In this document: positions 45,986 to 54,278 of the stretch, one piece after another
Position numbering within the stretch: the first letter of the stretch is position 1
Layout: each line of letters begins with the position of its first letter
IMG/VR virus record: IMGVR_UViG_3300035696_000041
Length of the DNA: 64,000 bases
Source of the DNA: a virus
Strand: one strand, 5' to 3'
The notes under the pieces: model-generated
The model's database searches: none
What the model saw: the letters and a program-made list of their open reading frames with translations, nothing else
Told to the model about the DNA's origin: nothing
Position numbers and translations under genes: made by a program

Positions 45986-47026
45986 TCAATGCTGACGATG
46001 TACGACGGGTTTCTTTCCGAAAATGGGCTTCATACCAGAAGCCGTTCGCCCGAACACCTTTCGCCGCACTTCCGAAATCATATCCCCAAGGTCATCTTCA
46101 ATCTTTCCGTATTGGGGTCGGCTGTTCACGTCACGGGCAATGAGCCTTTTGATGAAGTCGCAAATCTCGTCGGGAACGTCTTGCGGAATCATCTTGCGTT
46201 GAACATGCTCATGCCCGCCCGAGAGAGCGTACAACATGGTCATCCCGAGGCTGTAATAGTCGGACTCTGGCACCAGGGGCTTGTTGGCGGCTTCCTCGGG
46301 CGGGGCATAGTAGGGAGTGAATCCCTTGCTTTGGGTCGTGTGAGTTGGCTTGACGAGAGAAAGACCAAAGTCCACCAGCACGGCCATGTGCTTGTCCTCT
46401 TGAACGATGATGTTCTGAGGCTTCAAGTCCCCGTGGATGACGCCGTTGCGATGGATATAGTTAAGACCGTTGATGACCCGCTCCATAATCCACATGACGG
46501 ACTCGGGTTCCATCGGCCCATCCAACTTCTCTATGGTTTTTTCGAGAGTGAGGCCAGGGATGTAGCTCATGACGAGAAGCACTCGGCCATCGTCGAGTTG
46601 AATAAGGTCACGCATGGCGGGGAGGGCGTAGTGTCTCAAGTCCCACAGCACTTTGCATTCGTCCACGAGAATCCCGGTGTCGTCGAGGGTGACATTGGAG
46701 CAGTCCTTTATGCATACCAATTCCCCGACCACCTTATGCTCGGCCTTGTAGGTGCGGCCAAACCCGCCCTCGGCAATCTGTTCCAGAAGCTTGTACTGGC
46801 CGATGGTCTTGCCCACGTCCACGTCACGGGTGCGGTCGTAGCGACGACGTTCGGAGGGGTCAGAAATTAGGGTGTATGCCTCGTTGATTTCGGTTGCTCT
46901 CACCCCATCTGTGCTTGCCCCAGTATCGGGATGAACTTCCTTCATCAGTGCCTTGTAGGCGGCTTCGATGACTGCGGTTCGGGCACGGGGATGAACTTCG
47001 AGGACTTGATAAGCGTCACGTTTCAT
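45986..47026 (-). CDS. DnaJ (J-domain) - Hanks-type Ser/Thr protein kinase fusion
   Basis: J domain DAYQVLEVHPRARTAVIEAAYKALMKEVHPD (HPD tripeptide). Kinase IAEGGFGRTYKA, HGDLKPQNII, DFG, PYYAPPE. Start at ATG 47026, one nt after the predicted TSS. Confidence 0.7.
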   Translation of the reverse strand: MKRDAYQVLEVHPRARTAVIEAAYKALMKEVHPDTGASTDGVRATEINEAYTLISDPSERRRYDRTRDVDVGKTIGQYKLLEQIAEGGFGRTYKAEHKVVGELVCIKDCSNVTLDDTGILVDECKVLWDLRHYALPAMRDLIQLDDGRVLLVMSYIPGLTLEKTIEKLDGPMEPESVMWIMERVINGLNYIHRNGVIHGDLKPQNIIVQEDKHMAVLVDFGLSLVKPTHTTQSKGFTPYYAPPEEAANKPLVPESDYYSLGMTMLYALSGGHEHVQRKMIPQDVPDEICDFIKRLIARDVNSRPQYGKIEDDLGDMISEVRRKVFGRTASGMKPIFGKKPVVHRQH

Positions 47027-47031
47027 TTTGC

Positions 47032-47064
47032 TCAATATAGCACGGAGGTTAGCGTTCGTCAAGA
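47032..47064 (-). promoter_or_regulatory. sigma70-type promoter (member j), leaderless
   Basis: TTGACG-17-CGTGCTATATT. Confidence 0.45.
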
Positions 47065-47117
47065 TGTTTCTATAAAAAGAACGCCACCCCGAAGGGTGGC
47101 GTCCTGTGAGCACACCA

Positions 47118-47690
47118 TCAGAAGGCGATACCGATACCGAAGTCGAATCGCAGTGGGTTGCCCTTGGCCGTGGTCCAACCATCGGCGGCGGTGTGGGTCA
47201 ACAAGTCGTAGTTGATGCCAGCGTAGATGAAGGCATTGCCTTTGGTGTAGTATTCCAGTTCAATCTCGGGGCCAGTACGCCATCCGAGGGAGGAACGGTC
47301 ATACACCGCACCAGCAGACCAACCCGTGTCGAGGTACAGCTTGTCCTTGATAAGCGACCACGCCCAAGCGGCGTCGAGGTCCGTAGCACCTTCCAAGGCC
47401 GGGGACCATCCCAACTCCTGGGAGATACCGAACCAGATGGGCTGCTTCAACGGCTGGAACGAGTAGGTCAAATCGAATGCAAACTCGGTATGTCCCGATT
47501 TCGGATTCGTGAGGCCACTGCCGCCGAACGTCAACTCCATAGGAGTGCCCGTTTCAGCGGGGGCATTGGTCAAACTGAGCGACGGCGAATTGGTGCCGAA
47601 GAGAGTGCTTGAGGCAGTGTTCGTATCTGCGGCGTAGGCGGCGAAGCCCACGAGAACCACTGCGAATAAGGATAGAAGTGTTTTCTTCAT
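47118..47690 (-). CDS. outer-membrane beta-barrel protein (OmpX/Ail/Lom-like)
   Basis: Signal peptide MKKTLLSLFAVVLVGFAAYA, alternating amphipathic strands, aromatic girdle residues and a C-terminal ...FGIGIAF ending in Phe. Confidence 0.5.
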   Translation of the reverse strand: MKKTLLSLFAVVLVGFAAYAADTNTASSTLFGTNSPSLSLTNAPAETGTPMELTFGGSGLTNPKSGHTEFAFDLTYSFQPLKQPIWFGISQELGWSPALEGATDLDAAWAWSLIKDKLYLDTGWSAGAVYDRSSLGWRTGPEIELEYYTKGNAFIYAGINYDLLTHTAADGWTTAKGNPLRFDFGIGIAF

Positions 47691-47735
47691 GTGTTTCTGT
47701 GTATTTACTGAGTTGATGGTGTACTGCGGTGCCGA

Positions 47736-48785
47736 TTAGTCGGCGTTCATCGGCACGACAGCCGAGAAGATGATGACCTTGGACAGAGCCATGACTTGCT
47801 GTTTGGTAAGGTTATTACCCGTCAAATCAATCTCCACATGCGAGGCCAAAGTGGTGTCACCACGGAGTTGGTCCTTGTACTTCATCGTGCCCGACAGCGA
47901 GGGGATGCTCGTATCAGTCGAGAAGAAGGATGACTCGTCGGCGGCGGGGGCGAATGCGGCGTTCTCCGAGGGAGGCGGCTCATTCACACGCACGTCAAAC
48001 TGATACTCGCCACTGCCACGGGTAGGCTCAAGCCATCGGATGGTGCCAGTAACGGTGTCCCGCTTCGAGCCATAGACCAACGACACGTTGTTGAAGAACC
48101 AGCAGTTCTTGTCATAGTCGTAGAGCATTTCGCCCGTGACTGTGACAGCACCGTAGGTCTGAACTGGGCCAGCACCGAGAACAGTGTTGTTATAGCTCAT
48201 TTTGTCATACTTTTTCAGCACGACAGTCTGGGGTTTGCCGCCGACAGAACGAGTGATGCTAATGGCGTTGCCCTTGAAGGTGTCGAGCCAGTTGGCGGGA
48301 CGATTCATAGGCTTGCCATTGACGGTGCCCGTGAACTTGCTGGAGAAGCCAGCGGCTTGGCCCCGAGGCAGCACGTCAACCGAGAGGTCTCCATTGTCAT
48401 AGCTATACACGCCATCCGAGGCAATGGGCACGCTGCCCTTGAGTTTGCCCACGTTGAGACTCTGGGCGGGGTTCTTGGGGTTCACCACGTCGAGGTCAAG
48501 GTCATAGGACACACGACGACTCTGCGTCACGCCCTTGCTGAACATGCCCTCGATGATTTGAGGGCGGTCAGTGATGGTGCCGTGGAACAGAGCCGAGTTG
48601 CAGACATTGACGTTGACCGAGTACTGGTCAACTACGCCCTTGATGGCCCGCTCCGATTGGCGGGAGTTGTACTTGATGTCCAACGTTCCCTTGATGAACG
48701 TCGGAGGGTTGGTGCCTGGGGTTTGGCCGAACGATGGCAGAGCCAACGAAGCGACCAGTGCGAGGATTGTAACGAACTGTTTCAT
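47736..48785 (-). CDS. secreted protein of unknown function
   Basis: Signal peptide MKQFVTILALVASLALPSFGQ at internal ATG 48785. The upstream 40 codons of the ORF are Arg/Ser-rich and probably untranslated. Confidence 0.45.
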   Translation of the reverse strand: MKQFVTILALVASLALPSFGQTPGTNPPTFIKGTLDIKYNSRQSERAIKGVVDQYSVNVNVCNSALFHGTITDRPQIIEGMFSKGVTQSRRVSYDLDLDVVNPKNPAQSLNVGKLKGSVPIASDGVYSYDNGDLSVDVLPRGQAAGFSSKFTGTVNGKPMNRPANWLDTFKGNAISITRSVGGKPQTVVLKKYDKMSYNNTVLGAGPVQTYGAVTVTGEMLYDYDKNCWFFNNVSLVYGSKRDTVTGTIRWLEPTRGSGEYQFDVRVNEPPPSENAAFAPAADESSFFSTDTSIPSLSGTMKYKDQLRGDTTLASHVEIDLTGNNLTKQQVMALSKVIIFSAVVPMNAD

Positions 48786-48838
48786 ACTGCTTTTCACTTT
48801 CTTGTTTGATTGTTGATGTTGACTACTACGACGGACAC

Positions 48839-48973
48839 TTATTGCTGAGGTTGGACTTCCGTAGTCCCGTCTTGCGAAGGGGCGGCGGTATCCGTGCGGC
48901 CACACCCGCCGAACACGTAGGCGATGATAAGGATAGCCAGCACGACACAGAAGGCTTTGATTTTGAAACTCAT
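48839..48973 (-). CDS. small lipoprotein (44 aa)
   Basis: MSFKIKAFCVVLAILIIAYVFGGC with lipobox FGGC. Below the ORF-track cutoff. Confidence 0.3.
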   Translation of the reverse strand: MSFKIKAFCVVLAILIIAYVFGGCGRTDTAAPSQDGTTEVQPQQ

Positions 48974-49009
48974 ATGCTTATTCGATGTTGATGGTTTGTG
49001 GTTGGCGGT

Positions 49010-49792
49010 TTAGGACACGGCAATCTTCTGACGTTCACTCTGCACGGGTGTAGCGGTCACGTCAATGACACTCGACACGGGCGGCAGCGACTTGGCTTGC
49101 TTTGCTTGCAGTTGACGCTTTTCCTTCTCGTCGTCCATGAGGGCGATGTCCAGGTCGGCGAAGGACTCGTTCAACTTGGTCTGAACGCTGTCGAGGGCGG
49201 TCTCGATGCAAATCTTGTCGAAGGTATCTCCCGCCAGTTCGCCAGCGGCTTCGTTCATGGCCATAGCGGCACAAGCCATCTTCCATTTCTTCTCCGTGCG
49301 GGCAATGGTCTCGGCGAACTGGGCGAGCATGTCTTGGGCTTGCTGATACTTTTGCTTCCGCAATTCGAGAAGCTGCTTCATCTTGTTGAGTTGCTCGACG
49401 TAGGTCTGGGCGTCTTCAAGCCCTTCCTTGACGTAGCCCTTCACTTGGTCGGCGAAAGCCATGACTTGGGCGGCGAACTTGGCGATATTGGCACGGTAGT
49501 CTTGGAGGGCGTGCTCTTTCTTGATGTACTCGTTCTGCAACGTCTCGCAAGGGTTCTTCATGGCCTCGGCCTTGATAGCTTTCAGCCGCCAGTTGGCGAC
49601 CTTGAGGGCGAAGTACTGCGTGAAGTTGATGCCGACGAAACCGAGTCCGGCAGCGACAGCAAGGCCGATAATCCCACCGATGGCTTGGAGGACAAAGGGG
49701 GCGACGAGGAAACCGACGACTCCTACCCCAAGGACTTTGAGGATGGTCTCGGTGCGTTGTTTACGTTGTTCTGGAGTTAATTGTGTGCTCAT
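49010..49792 (-). CDS. membrane protein with long coiled-coil domain
   Basis: Two N-terminal TM helices followed by heptad-rich QYQQAQDMLAQFAET... region. Confidence 0.45.
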   Translation of the reverse strand: MSTQLTPEQRKQRTETILKVLGVGVVGFLVAPFVLQAIGGIIGLAVAAGLGFVGINFTQYFALKVANWRLKAIKAEAMKNPCETLQNEYIKKEHALQDYRANIAKFAAQVMAFADQVKGYVKEGLEDAQTYVEQLNKMKQLLELRKQKYQQAQDMLAQFAETIARTEKKWKMACAAMAMNEAAGELAGDTFDKICIETALDSVQTKLNESFADLDIALMDDEKEKRQLQAKQAKSLPPVSSVIDVTATPVQSERQKIAVS

Positions 49793-49811
49793 AATTTTTG
49801 AACTGTTGCGA

Positions 49812-49843
49812 ACAATCTACCACACTTTTATAAAATGTCAAGG
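49812..49843 (-). promoter_or_regulatory. sigma70-type promoter (member k) with TTTTATAAAA spacer
   Basis: TTGACA-TTTTATAAAAGTGTGG-TAGATT. Confidence 0.4.
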
Positions 49844-49861
49844 GGAGACTGTTCTTTTTGG

Positions 49862-50419
49862 CTAAGTCTTGATGACGTAGGTGTTGAGGAACAGCTTGCG
49901 ACGGACAACCCATACGTCGGTTGGGTCGGTGCGGTTCTGGCAAATGAAGTCGCCTCCATTGCCCCATTGAATGTTCTTACCGAGTTGAGGATAGTCTTCG
50001 GTGCCCCACTGCCCTTCAATGGCGAAAGACCCCATGTTGTACATTCGGTCATCGGGGTAAGGTTGGGTTGCATTGGTGCCGTGAAGAGAGGCAAGAAGCT
50101 CCTTGGTGACTTCGAGGCAATTCACCGCATTGTCGGGTTTCGGCGTGCAGACCATCCATCCGTCCTTGTCAATCTCGGTCACGTCGTACTTCTGGAGCAG
50201 CTTCTTTTGGGTTTGTTGCCAAGCGTCTCCCGCCCCGCCGATACAGACGATGGAGCCATCGCCAAGAGGTTCCCGTCCTTCGAGGGTATCCAGCAAGAAC
50301 TTGCTGGCCACTTGACGGTCAACGAGAAGGGTAATGAGAGGTTTCGCCTTGAGAGGCTGAGTTTTGCTGGCGATTCGCCAGCCCGTGAGAAAGCCAGTGA
50401 TAATTTTCATGGTGAGCAC
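49862..50419 (-). CDS. hypothetical protein
   Basis: 185 aa. IVCIGGAGDAW and WGNGGDFICQN glycine-rich motifs of unknown affiliation. Confidence 0.4.
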   Translation of the reverse strand: MLTMKIITGFLTGWRIASKTQPLKAKPLITLLVDRQVASKFLLDTLEGREPLGDGSIVCIGGAGDAWQQTQKKLLQKYDVTEIDKDGWMVCTPKPDNAVNCLEVTKELLASLHGTNATQPYPDDRMYNMGSFAIEGQWGTEDYPQLGKNIQWGNGGDFICQNRTDPTDVWVVRRKLFLNTYVIKT

Positions 50420-50434
50420 TATAACCCATCACTC

Positions 50435-50659
50435 TCAGTTTGTCAAGTCCCCCGTTTCAATTCTCTCGGGATACTTTCCTGACTGCACCCAAGTATATGA
50501 AGGCATGTAGGTCTCGGTGCTTTGAGCGGCAAGCCAAGCGGCATTCCATTCGTCACGCTCGTCTTGATTGGGATAGTCGGGACAATCGTTGAGAGTTTTG
50601 CCATTGAAATAGCCATCCCAACCATCGTCGTAAATCTTCTTGCGTGCTTCGTCTGTCAT
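50435..50659 (-). CDS. hypothetical protein
   Basis: 74-aa ORF. Confidence 0.3.
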   Translation of the reverse strand: MTDEARKKIYDDGWDGYFNGKTLNDCPDYPNQDERDEWNAAWLAAQSTETYMPSYTWVQSGKYPERIETGDLTN

Positions 50660-50834
50660 ATGGCCTCCTTGTTTTGTATCTTAAATCACGGACTAACTTC
50701 ACTGCTTCTTCCCGAGTGTAGCAGTGATACCACAAGTAGTGTTCGGCTTGCTTGAACGAATGAGCCTTCTGTGTGACATAGTAGCTCTGAGTGTACCACC
50801 CGTGGTTATACAGGTAGTTTGACAACTCAAACAT
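50553..50834 (-). CDS. hypothetical protein
   Basis: 93-aa ORF. Overlaps the previous ORF, so uncertain. Confidence 0.25.
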   Translation of the reverse strand: MFELSNYLYNHGWYTQSYYVTQKAHSFKQAEHYLWYHCYTREEAVKLVRDLRYKTRRPYDRRSTQEDLRRWLGWLFQWQNSQRLSRLSQSRRA

Positions 50835-50883
50835 GAACCGAGTGAAGTGTGCCGAGGGACAGTAGGAAGACTCAAGCGGGTTC

Positions 50884-51138
50884 TTATTCCTCGAAGTTGA
50901 TGTATGGATACTTATTCATTGCGGAGAATGTCTCCAAATCCATCACTTTCTTAACTTCGGCGGCACATGCAGAAACAGGAACAAGTTTGATAACTTTGTC
51001 TTGGTGACATAGTTGATAAAACCCATCCTTCGGCTGACCATCAAGATGGTCGCACAGATTGACAGGAGGGTCGGAAGCAACACGCTTAATCCGCTTGCCT
51101 TGCTTCAAGGCTTCAATGGCTTCATTCGTTTTCATCAA
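50884..51138 (-). CDS. hypothetical protein
   Basis: 84-aa ORF. Confidence 0.3.
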   Translation of the reverse strand: MMKTNEAIEALKQGKRIKRVASDPPVNLCDHLDGQPKDGFYQLCHQDKVIKLVPVSACAAEVKKVMDLETFSAMNKYPYINFEE

Positions 51139-51379
51139 ACTTATCCATGAACCCGTCGTAGCCTTCGGGCTTCGGCATTTCGCCCTTCTCCACCATCACC
51201 TTGACTGCCGAGGATGCCCCGAGGGCGATGGCTTCATGTCCTTCCAACGGGATGTAGCCAGTAAAGCAGAGCAAGTCATACTTTTTCCTTCCGTTCTCTC
51301 CCGTGATTATCATGATTTCCATGTCGTCCATATCGGGCGGCAACTTGCGAAGGGCTTTTTTTAACTGACCTAAGTTCAT
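51122..51379 (-). CDS. hypothetical protein
   Basis: 85-aa ORF. Confidence 0.3.
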   Translation of the reverse strand: MNLGQLKKALRKLPPDMDDMEIMIITGENGRKKYDLLCFTGYIPLEGHEAIALGASSAVKVMVEKGEMPKPEGYDGFMDKFDENE

Positions 51380-51383
51380 ACGC

Positions 51384-52043
51384 TTATTTTTTGCGTTTGT
51401 TGATGATGTCTATTAACTGTTGGGAAACGCTGTCGGGAATGACGATTTTCAATCCGCCCCTTTTCTTGGGAGGAAGGGTAATACAATCCCCCTTCTTGAT
51501 TTCTTTCTCGGCTTCCTTGATACGTTCCAGAATGAAGTTAGTCTTTTCCGCTACCTTTTCCTCGGTCCACCCGTCGAAGGTCAGTTCCCACAAAATGCGG
51601 GCAAAAGCCTCTTCGTTAGAACACCCCGACTCATTGATGACAGGAGTATCAATCAGCTTGCTCCATCGGATACCCATGATAGAGAAGTAGCGATTGTACT
51701 TGTTGAGATTGACATTGTATTTGCCCTTGGGGACTTTCAATCCACGTCCACCACCCCAAGGCTTGGTTCCCTTGGGCGGGGCGACATAGCGAGGGTTCAG
51801 CAAACAAACGTCAATGAATTCTTCCTTGGACAGAGGGTCGGTGCTGTTTCGGACAAGGATGGACATTGGGTATGCTTTTACCTTGGGCTTCCCCATCAAC
51901 TCTTTGACCACTCGGCTGTAGTTGAATACGGTCTGAGCCAACTCGGGGCGGTCTTCTTTGCACGCATAACCACGGTCACGTTCGTTAATCAGAGCGTACA
52001 CCGTGTCAAGGTCAACGGCCATTAGTAGTTGTCGAAGTGTCAT
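51384..52043 (-). CDS. hypothetical protein
   Basis: 219-aa ORF. Confidence 0.4.
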   Translation of the reverse strand: MTLRQLLMAVDLDTVYALINERDRGYACKEDRPELAQTVFNYSRVVKELMGKPKVKAYPMSILVRNSTDPLSKEEFIDVCLLNPRYVAPPKGTKPWGGGRGLKVPKGKYNVNLNKYNRYFSIMGIRWSKLIDTPVINESGCSNEEAFARILWELTFDGWTEEKVAEKTNFILERIKEAEKEIKKGDCITLPPKKRGGLKIVIPDSVSQQLIDIINKRKK

Positions 52044-52246
52044 TTGATTTCATCTGCGAAATGCAGAAACTCGTATGCGATGTCGTTCACGTCTTGGCCC
52101 TTGTAGCGGTCCTTGACGGCATCTTTGTATTTTTTCTCGGCTTCGCCGGGACTATTGGCATTCACAAGTTTGCCAACGACTTCTTGTCGAGGGGCCGATA
52201 TGTTCAAAAATCGGCGGGTCACTCGGGCTTCAATGAAGAATAGCAT
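52040..52246 (-). CDS. hypothetical protein
   Basis: 68-aa ORF. Confidence 0.3.
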   Translation of the reverse strand: MLFFIEARVTRRFLNISAPRQEVVGKLVNANSPGEAEKKYKDAVKDRYKGQDVNDIAYEFLHFADEIK

Positions 52247-52257
52247 AGTATCGGGTA

Positions 52258-52626
52258 TTATACTTGTTCTGAGCCTGATGTCAAGCCCTTTTGTTTCTTT
52301 CTCTCACCATCTATAAACCTCATTGCAGGGATGAGACTTTCGAAAGCATTTCGATACACCCGATACCTATATACAATCAGGTTTTTCGTCAGAGATTTGA
52401 TGAAGGGGTCTTTAAGCTTCATCAAGTCCACCCGCTTGAGGGCTTGCTCTCGGAGCAGTTCCATACAGGTGGTGACAGTCTCGGGGTCTTTGGCACCCGT
52501 GATGTTGAACAGTTTGCTTGTGTAACTACCAAGCAGTCGAGAAACTCGACGACTTGCCCACGGGGTTTCTTCCAAAGCGGCTTCAAGCTTCTCGCACGCT
52601 TTGGTCTTTCCGAATGTGTATTTCAT
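52258..52626 (-). CDS. hypothetical protein
   Basis: 122-aa ORF. Confidence 0.35.
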   Translation of the reverse strand: MKYTFGKTKACEKLEAALEETPWASRRVSRLLGSYTSKLFNITGAKDPETVTTCMELLREQALKRVDLMKLKDPFIKSLTKNLIVYRYRVYRNAFESLIPAMRFIDGERKKQKGLTSGSEQV

Positions 52627-53018
52627 TTCTCTTGCTCGCTAATGCTCTTCCAATGGTTGATATACCGTTTAGCGAGTTCTTTGTCTCGCCGAGGCAGTCC
52701 TTGCACGTCTCGGACGAGACAATCAAGAATGAGGCCACTTACGTCATCGGCATGTTCAATGCCGTAATTCTCTTTGAACCACCGCACCATGATACTATCC
52801 TTATCCCACAATGACCACTCATTGCGGAGCATCATGCCCACGGTGAAGTGGACCTTGGCGGCGTCGAAATCGTCCTTCTTGATTTCCTCGAAGTCGGCGG
52901 GAGTCAGACCCTCTTTCAAGGTCTTTACTGCTTCTTCAAGGTTGATGGGAACCATATCAGGGTTGATTTTCATATGGTAATTCGTGCTGCTTGGGGAAGA
53001 ACTCATGTCCTTCCACAA
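52623..53018 (-). CDS. hypothetical protein
   Basis: 131-aa ORF. Confidence 0.35.
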   Translation of the reverse strand: MWKDMSSSPSSTNYHMKINPDMVPINLEEAVKTLKEGLTPADFEEIKKDDFDAAKVHFTVGMMLRNEWSLWDKDSIMVRWFKENYGIEHADDVSGLILDCLVRDVQGLPRRDKELAKRYINHWKSISEQEK

Positions 53019-53706
53019 TAGGTTTGAACTGAAACTCGTGGCGTAGCTTGTGAATGCGAAGAGGCGTCTTCAAGACATAACGCTCGTTCTCTTCTCGATG
53101 CAAGAGATAGTATCCACAATTCTTGGGGTTTCCCCAACTCTCGAATTCCTCTACGGAACTGTGGAACCATCGCATGATAAACAACCGCATGGTCATGCCG
53201 TGGGTGACGATGACAACGTTGCGAGGGAAATCCTTCTTCTTGAAATCACGGTGCAGAGTATTGAGGAAGTCACTCACACGGTCAAACACGTCGGCACAAC
53301 TTTCACCCCCATCACGAAAACGATAGTAAAAGTGGCCATAACTATCCCGATACTCTTCGACCTTTTCGATGAACCCCACGTCCCCCCGGGTGTCCATATT
53401 CTGTCCCCACTCTTGCTCACGAAGCCGTGGGTCTTCGTAGAACTTGTATAGGTCGGGGTCGGGAATGGGAAACGACTTGCGGATGCCCATGTAGGTTTGG
53501 CGGGTACGCCAGAAGGGAGAGACGTAGAATTGGACAGACTCTTCGGGTCCAATGATAGTTTTCAGTTCCTTGCCAACGTCTTCGGCTTGCTGTTCTCCCT
53601 TGGGAGTGAGAGTAAGAGCGTAGTCGGGAATGTCCTTATATACACTTTTGTCAGCATTCCCGATTGACTGACCGTGACGAACAACGAATATCCTATCGGG
53701 TTTCAT
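52957..53706 (-). CDS. histidine phosphatase superfamily protein (phosphoglycerate-mutase-like)
   Basis: VVRHGQSIGN (RHG catalytic motif) near the N-terminus, second His in VTHGMTMRL. Confidence 0.55.
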   Translation of the reverse strand: MKPDRIFVVRHGQSIGNADKSVYKDIPDYALTLTPKGEQQAEDVGKELKTIIGPEESVQFYVSPFWRTRQTYMGIRKSFPIPDPDLYKFYEDPRLREQEWGQNMDTRGDVGFIEKVEEYRDSYGHFYYRFRDGGESCADVFDRVSDFLNTLHRDFKKKDFPRNVVIVTHGMTMRLFIMRWFHSSVEEFESWGNPKNCGYYLLHREENERYVLKTPLRIHKLRHEFQFKPIVEGHEFFPKQHELPYENQP

Positions 53707-54107
53707 ATCCTTTCCACTGTAATCTTGAAGCCAAGTTCGGGAAATACTATTGACTTGGGTTCTGCCTTCGGCTTGGGGTTCCAGTCAACAAGGGTTTCTT
53801 TATACTCAATCCCAAGTTCCTTTCGGAGTTTTTCCGCTTCTTTTCGTAATTCTTCGAGGGCATACTCTCTCTGAATTGTGGATTGATATTCTCGTGCCAT
53901 ACTGGCTTGAGTGAAGGTGTATCCCCCTACATTCAGAAAGAAGGTGAAGTAGCCCAGAATTCCCGCTTTGTCGGAGCGACTTTCGTAAAGTGTAATCTTA
54001 TTCATGATTTGGGTTTGCTCTTGAAGAGGTTTGATACGAAGGCCACAATGATTACTCCCACCGAAAACACGCCCCACCCGATGAACATTGCGGCAATGTA
54101 TTCCCAC
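53703..54107 (-). CDS. hypothetical protein
   Basis: 134-aa ORF. Confidence 0.35.
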   Translation of the reverse strand: MGIHCRNVHRVGRVFGGSNHCGLRIKPLQEQTQIMNKITLYESRSDKAGILGYFTFFLNVGGYTFTQASMAREYQSTIQREYALEELRKEAEKLRKELGIEYKETLVDWNPKPKAEPKSIVFPELGFKITVERI

Positions 54108-54278
54108 ACACTAAAGGTTTCAGCCATAACTATTTAGATATTCGACTATCGTTTGAACGTGACAGCGGTGCGTCTTACACTTCGGGTTATCGCAAGCTGG
54201 TAGGCACCGACACCAGCACCCGAGTCTCTTACCTTTTAACGCTAGTACTCTAGCATGAAAATCGGGGTCTTGCAACTT

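Noticed and set aside
9061-49843. The recurring CAATATAGCACA...TTGTCAAG repeats, considered as a possible CRISPR array or MITE family.
   Set aside because: Copies are dispersed with one per intergenic gap, not tandem with unique spacers. In reverse complement they read as TTGACA-N16/17-extended -10 promoters, positioned consistently upstream of start codons.
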